Positions 60,982 through 64,000 of a DNA stretch of 64,000 nucleotides are shown in pieces. The notes under the pieces are model-generated. The model had not been told where the DNA came from, made no database searches, and saw nothing but the letters and a program-made list of their open reading frames with translations. Numbering within the stretch: position 1 is the first letter of the stretch; each line of letters starts with the position of its first letter. A program made the translations under genes and the position numbers. The DNA comes from an uncultured bacterium (GTDB taxonomy: Bacteria > Patescibacteriota > Patescibacteriia > Magasanikbacterales > GWA2-37-8): the NCBI GenBank assembly GCA_937903605.1, contig CALCZC010000025.1, positions 3,275 through 67,274 on the forward strand, given 5' to 3'.

Positions 60982-61905
60982 ATGAGACATATTCCTGTTC
61001 TTTTAAATGAAGTGCTTGAAGGTTTGAACTTAAAAAAAGGTGCCAAAGTTATTGACTGTACATTGGGTGATGGTGGGCACAGCGAAGCTATCATGGAGGT
61101 TATCGGTCCGCGTGGAAAATTGCTCGGACTTGATGCTGATCCGGAATCATTACTTCGTGCCAAAAGATTTTTGTATCGCTTTGAAGATCAAATAGTTTTT
61201 ATCAGAGAAAATTTCGCCAACTTGAAAAAAACGGCGACAGAAAATGATTTTTTGCAAGTTGATGGAATTTTGTTTGATCTGGGTTGGAGTAGTCCGCAGT
61301 TTGCGGAGCGCAGTCGCGGTTTTAGTTTTGAAAAAGATGAACCGCTCAATATGCGCTATGACAATAAATGCAAGGTCTTTGGTCAAGATAATTGTATAGA
61401 TGCTGCTCATATTATCAATAACTATAGTCTAGAAGATTTGATTTGGATTTTTAAAAATTACGGAGAAGAAGATCTCAGTATAGAAATAGCCAAAGCCATA
61501 GTAGAAGAAAGAAAAAAAAGACAGATCAAAACCACCGGAGATTTGACAGAAGTGATTTTGCAAGTTTATCGACAAAAATTACGTACGGAAAAAGAAATAC
61601 CTTGGGTAGGCGGCCTTCATCCGGCCACCAAAATATTTCAAGCTTTACGTATTGCTGCAAACAATGAATTGGAGATTTTGAAAAATGTATTACCGGAAGC
61701 TTTTGAAATATTAAATAAAGGCGGTAGGTTGGCGGTTATCAGCTTTCATTCGCTAGAAGATAGAATAGTCAAACAGTTTTATCAAAGTCTGCCTTATGCT
61801 ACAGCAAAAATTATTACCAAAAAACCCGTTGTTGCCAGCGAGGAAGAGATAAAAAATAATCCTCGAGCGCGCAGTGCTAAATTGCGGGTTATTGAAAAAA
61901 TATGA
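60982..61905 (+). CDS. rsmH: 16S rRNA (cytosine1402-N4)-methyltransferase RsmH (MraW)
   Basis: MRHIPVLLNEVLEGLNLKKGAKVIDCTLGDGGHSEAI…FDLGWSSPQF…. Confidence 0.9.
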   Translation: MRHIPVLLNEVLEGLNLKKGAKVIDCTLGDGGHSEAIMEVIGPRGKLLGLDADPESLLRAKRFLYRFEDQIVFIRENFANLKKTATENDFLQVDGILFDLGWSSPQFAERSRGFSFEKDEPLNMRYDNKCKVFGQDNCIDAAHIINNYSLEDLIWIFKNYGEEDLSIEIAKAIVEERKKRQIKTTGDLTEVILQVYRQKLRTEKEIPWVGGLHPATKIFQALRIAANNELEILKNVLPEAFEILNKGGRLAVISFHSLEDRIVKQFYQSLPYATAKIITKKPVVASEEEIKNNPRARSAKLRVIEKI

Positions 61906-62285
61906 TTAGATATATTATAAATTTAAAAAATAGAATTAATTATTTTTTTAGCGAAGTTCATGAATCAACCATGTTTTTTTTGCGAATGCCAGGCTGGTTA
62001 TTTGGAACACGTTGCCGTTGGTGTTTGGTCGGGGTGAATATTTTTTTGATAATCGCTTTTGTTTTACAGATAGCCGCCGCTTCCGGTACCGGTTATGAAT
62101 TAAAAAGGTTAGAAATAGCAATTAACGACATTAATAAAGAACAACAAAAACTAGATGCCGAAATTGCTGTTGTTAGTTCACTGGCCACTTTGAAAGGTAA
62201 GGTCGATAGTCTAGTCATGGTAAATGCTCCACGTCTAAAACATGTAGATATTCCGGCAACTATCGTGGCTATAAATCCGCGCTAA
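61902..62285 (+). CDS. ftsL: cell division protein FtsL-like (TM plus coiled-coil)
   Basis: Position after rsmH; a single TM (LVGVNIFLIIAFVLQIAAA) followed by a coiled-coil (LKRLEIAINDINKEQQKLDAEIAV). The start may be at an internal Met. Confidence 0.5.
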   Translation: MIRYIINLKNRINYFFSEVHESTMFFLRMPGWLFGTRCRWCLVGVNIFLIIAFVLQIAAASGTGYELKRLEIAINDINKEQQKLDAEIAVVSSLATLKGKVDSLVMVNAPRLKHVDIPATIVAINPR

Positions 62286-62302
62286 TTCTTCTTTTTTAAC
62301 CG

Positions 62303-62330
62303 ATCGCCAAATATGTTTGGCGATTTTTTG
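62303..62330 (+). terminator. Rho-independent terminator
   Basis: atcgccaaa-tatg-tttggcgat followed by tttttt. Confidence 0.6.
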
Positions 62331-62387
62331 TTTTTTGTGGTAAAATATAAGTTGATAGAATATTTACATTTAGCTATTTTTTAAGAT

Positions 62388-62741
62388 ATGTTTCTTTTGG
62401 TTTTACCCAGATTATTGACCGAAGCTTTTTTGGATTTATTATATTTTCCACTCTGGTGGTACACGGGCGGGGCTTATAGAGCCGGAGCCTGGTGTTTTGA
62501 TTTAGCGCTTTCCGGTAACGATCATTTTGCTCCCGGTTTATGGTTGAAAAATATTTTTGTGCCAATGTATGGACAATATGATTTTGAAGGCAGGCTCATC
62601 AGTTTTTTTATGCGCTTGTTTCAGTTTATTGTCAGATCCTTGGCTCTGTTTATATGGTCGATCATTTGTCTGTGTTTATTTTTATGTTGGTTGGCTTTAC
62701 CGATTATAACGATATACGGTTTTTGGGGGATTAAAAATTAA
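62388..62741 (+). CDS. hypothetical small membrane protein (117 aa)
   Basis: Hydrophobic segments at both ends (LALFIWSIICLCLFLCWLALPIITIYGFW). Confidence 0.35.
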   Translation: MFLLVLPRLLTEAFLDLLYFPLWWYTGGAYRAGAWCFDLALSGNDHFAPGLWLKNIFVPMYGQYDFEGRLISFFMRLFQFIVRSLALFIWSIICLCLFLCWLALPIITIYGFWGIKN

Positions 62742-62744
62742 TTT

Positions 62745-64000
62745 ATGGATTTTAAAAAAATAAAATCTTTACCGCTTTTATATTGCGAAGATTGCAAACA
62801 AACCGGCGTCAAAAATAAACGTCGTTGTTCTCACTGTAGAGGAACCAGTGTTGTTTTTAAACCACGTCACAAATTGCTTTATTGGAAATTTCCGCTTACT
62901 TATTATCATCTGGCTTTGTTGCAAGCTCGTTTATGGTGGAATCGCGGTCGACGTATTTTTTTGATTTTGTTATTTTTGAATTTTTGGATTTGGGCCGGAC
63001 TTTCTATATATAAACAAGGATTTTTTACGAGTTTGTTACGTGGTCCGGATTATTTTAATCTTTTTTTATCGCAACTATCTTCTCTGCAAAAAACACTTTT
63101 CTGGGCCGGGTTTTTAACATTACTTTATCTGTGGTCGCGGATTATCCGAGAAAGAAAACACTACAAGGAAGTGGAAAAACATGATTATCGCGACGAAGAA
63201 AACATCATACCAGAAGACGCTTTTTTTACTTGGGAAGAACTTTTGAAAACATCCCGCCGACAACGTTTGAATATTGAAAAATCTTTTACTGATGAAGCCG
63301 TGTGGTCAATAGTCAAAACATTCAAAGAAGCTCGCGAACTCGGTCATAGTGAAGTTACGCCGTTACATCTTTTTTATACACTTCTTTCATCCAATCGCAT
63401 CGCCAACGTTTTTATCCGTCTAGGCTATCCAACGGATTTTTTGCGTAAAAAAGTTGAAAGTGAATTGTTGTTCAAAAACAATAATACAGGAATTTTTCCA
63501 TTACCCGATAGAGATTTCTTTCAAATTTTATTTTTGGCCTATGAAGAGGCTTACAACAATCATCAAGAATATGTCAGTGTAGTAGAACTTCTTTTTGGTG
63601 CCATATTTTTTACCCCGAGAATTCAGGAATTTTTATTTGATCTTGGTCTAGAAGCACCAAAAGTAAAAAATGTTATTATGTGGGCGCGTATTCGAGAAAG
63701 ACTTTATCGTCAATATGTGAGTTACGCTCGAGTCGGCGCCACTAAATCAAAACACGGTTTAGACAGAGCAATGACCGCGATAGCGACACCATACTTAAAT
63801 AATTTTAGCGAGGATATGACGATGATGGCTCGTTATAACCATTACGACCCTTGCTTAGCGCGAGATAAAGAAATAGAAAATATGTTTCGAGTTGTTGAGG
63901 GTGGTGTAGGAAATATGATTTTAGTCGGTGAAAATGGAACTGGTAAAATGAGTATTTTGGAAGGAGTAGCCCAAAAGATGTCGGGAGACGATGTGCCAAA
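62745..64000 (+). CDS. Clp/Hsp100-family AAA+ ATPase (ClpC/ClpB-like) with an N-terminal Zn-ribbon and TM segments; partial, runs off the right edge
   Basis: N-terminal CEDC…CSHC, then hydrophobic helices (IFLILLFLNFWIWAGL; TLFWAGFLTLLYLW). Clp_N repeats follow (EAVWSIVKTFKEARELGHSEVTPLHLFYTLLSS; FFQILFLAYEEAYNNHQEYVSVVELLFG). Walker A is MILVGENGTGKMSILEGVAQKM. There is no stop before 64000, and it is absent from the ORF track because it is edge-truncated. Confidence 0.7.
   Translation, partial: MDFKKIKSLPLLYCEDCKQTGVKNKRRCSHCRGTSVVFKPRHKLLYWKFPLTYYHLALLQARLWWNRGRRIFLILLFLNFWIWAGLSIYKQGFFTSLLRGPDYFNLFLSQLSSLQKTLFWAGFLTLLYLWSRIIRERKHYKEVEKHDYRDEENIIPEDAFFTWEELLKTSRRQRLNIEKSFTDEAVWSIVKTFKEARELGHSEVTPLHLFYTLLSSNRIANVFIRLGYPTDFLRKKVESELLFKNNNTGIFPLPDRDFFQILFLAYEEAYNNHQEYVSVVELLFGAIFFTPRIQEFLFDLGLEAPKVKNVIMWARIRERLYRQYVSYARVGATKSKHGLDRAMTAIATPYLNNFSEDMTMMARYNHYDPCLARDKEIENMFRVVEGGVGNMILVGENGTGKMSILEGVAQKMSGDDVP

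Overview
This 64-kb window comes from a low-GC (~33%), AT-codon-biased, small-genome bacterium. Its gene content is consistent with a CPR/Patescibacteria-like lineage, which is an inference from the housekeeping set and the surface-protein inventory, not a database result.

Backbone genes recognisable from motifs:
- Translation and RNA: infC (partial, left edge), tmRNA (ssrA) next to smpB, hpf, rlmN, lepA, and a beta-CASP MBL ribonuclease-like gene.
- Cell wall and division: a murC/mpl-like ligase, mraY, murB, murJ, an LtaS-like transferase, and the dcw-cluster start mraZ-rsmH-ftsL.
- Other housekeeping: recJ, transketolase, and a ClpC/ClpB-like ATPase (partial, right edge).
- Two glycosylation/polysaccharide clusters: an O-antigen ligase-like gene, GT4 and a secreted hydrolase; and a polyprenyl-phosphate sugar transferase (PGT), UXS-like, GT2+DUF2304, GT4 and a methyltransferase.
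- Also an S8 protease, a giant 1722-aa K/E-rich protein and a pilin-like fusion protein.

The striking feature is a compositionally foreign block at ~12.0-21.5 kb (~50% GC, C-ending codons). It holds five monocistronic genes, each with its own TTGACA-17-TATAAT promoter and hairpin terminator.
- All encode secreted proteins or lipoproteins.
- A family of acidic Cys-knot lipoproteins shares N- and C-terminal modules.
- A 1257-aa lipoprotein carries about 18 tandem canonical EF-hand Ca2+-loops in ~60-aa Cys-bracketed repeats, interleaved with collagen-like GXY runs.
- A coiled-coil plus C-terminal beta-rich protein completes the set.

Other notable items: TAAAG-type microrepeat arrays and a 41-nt AT-rich intergenic repeat family; an orphan LysW-like zinc-ribbon ORF; a Bpt/ATE-like transferase and an atypical ATP-grasp inside the murein cluster; an ankyrin gene with tandem palindromic operators; a candidate MraZ operator; and a Zn-ribbon/TM-anchored Clp ATPase downstream of ftsL. 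No rRNA, tRNA, CRISPR array, transposase or integrase was recognised.
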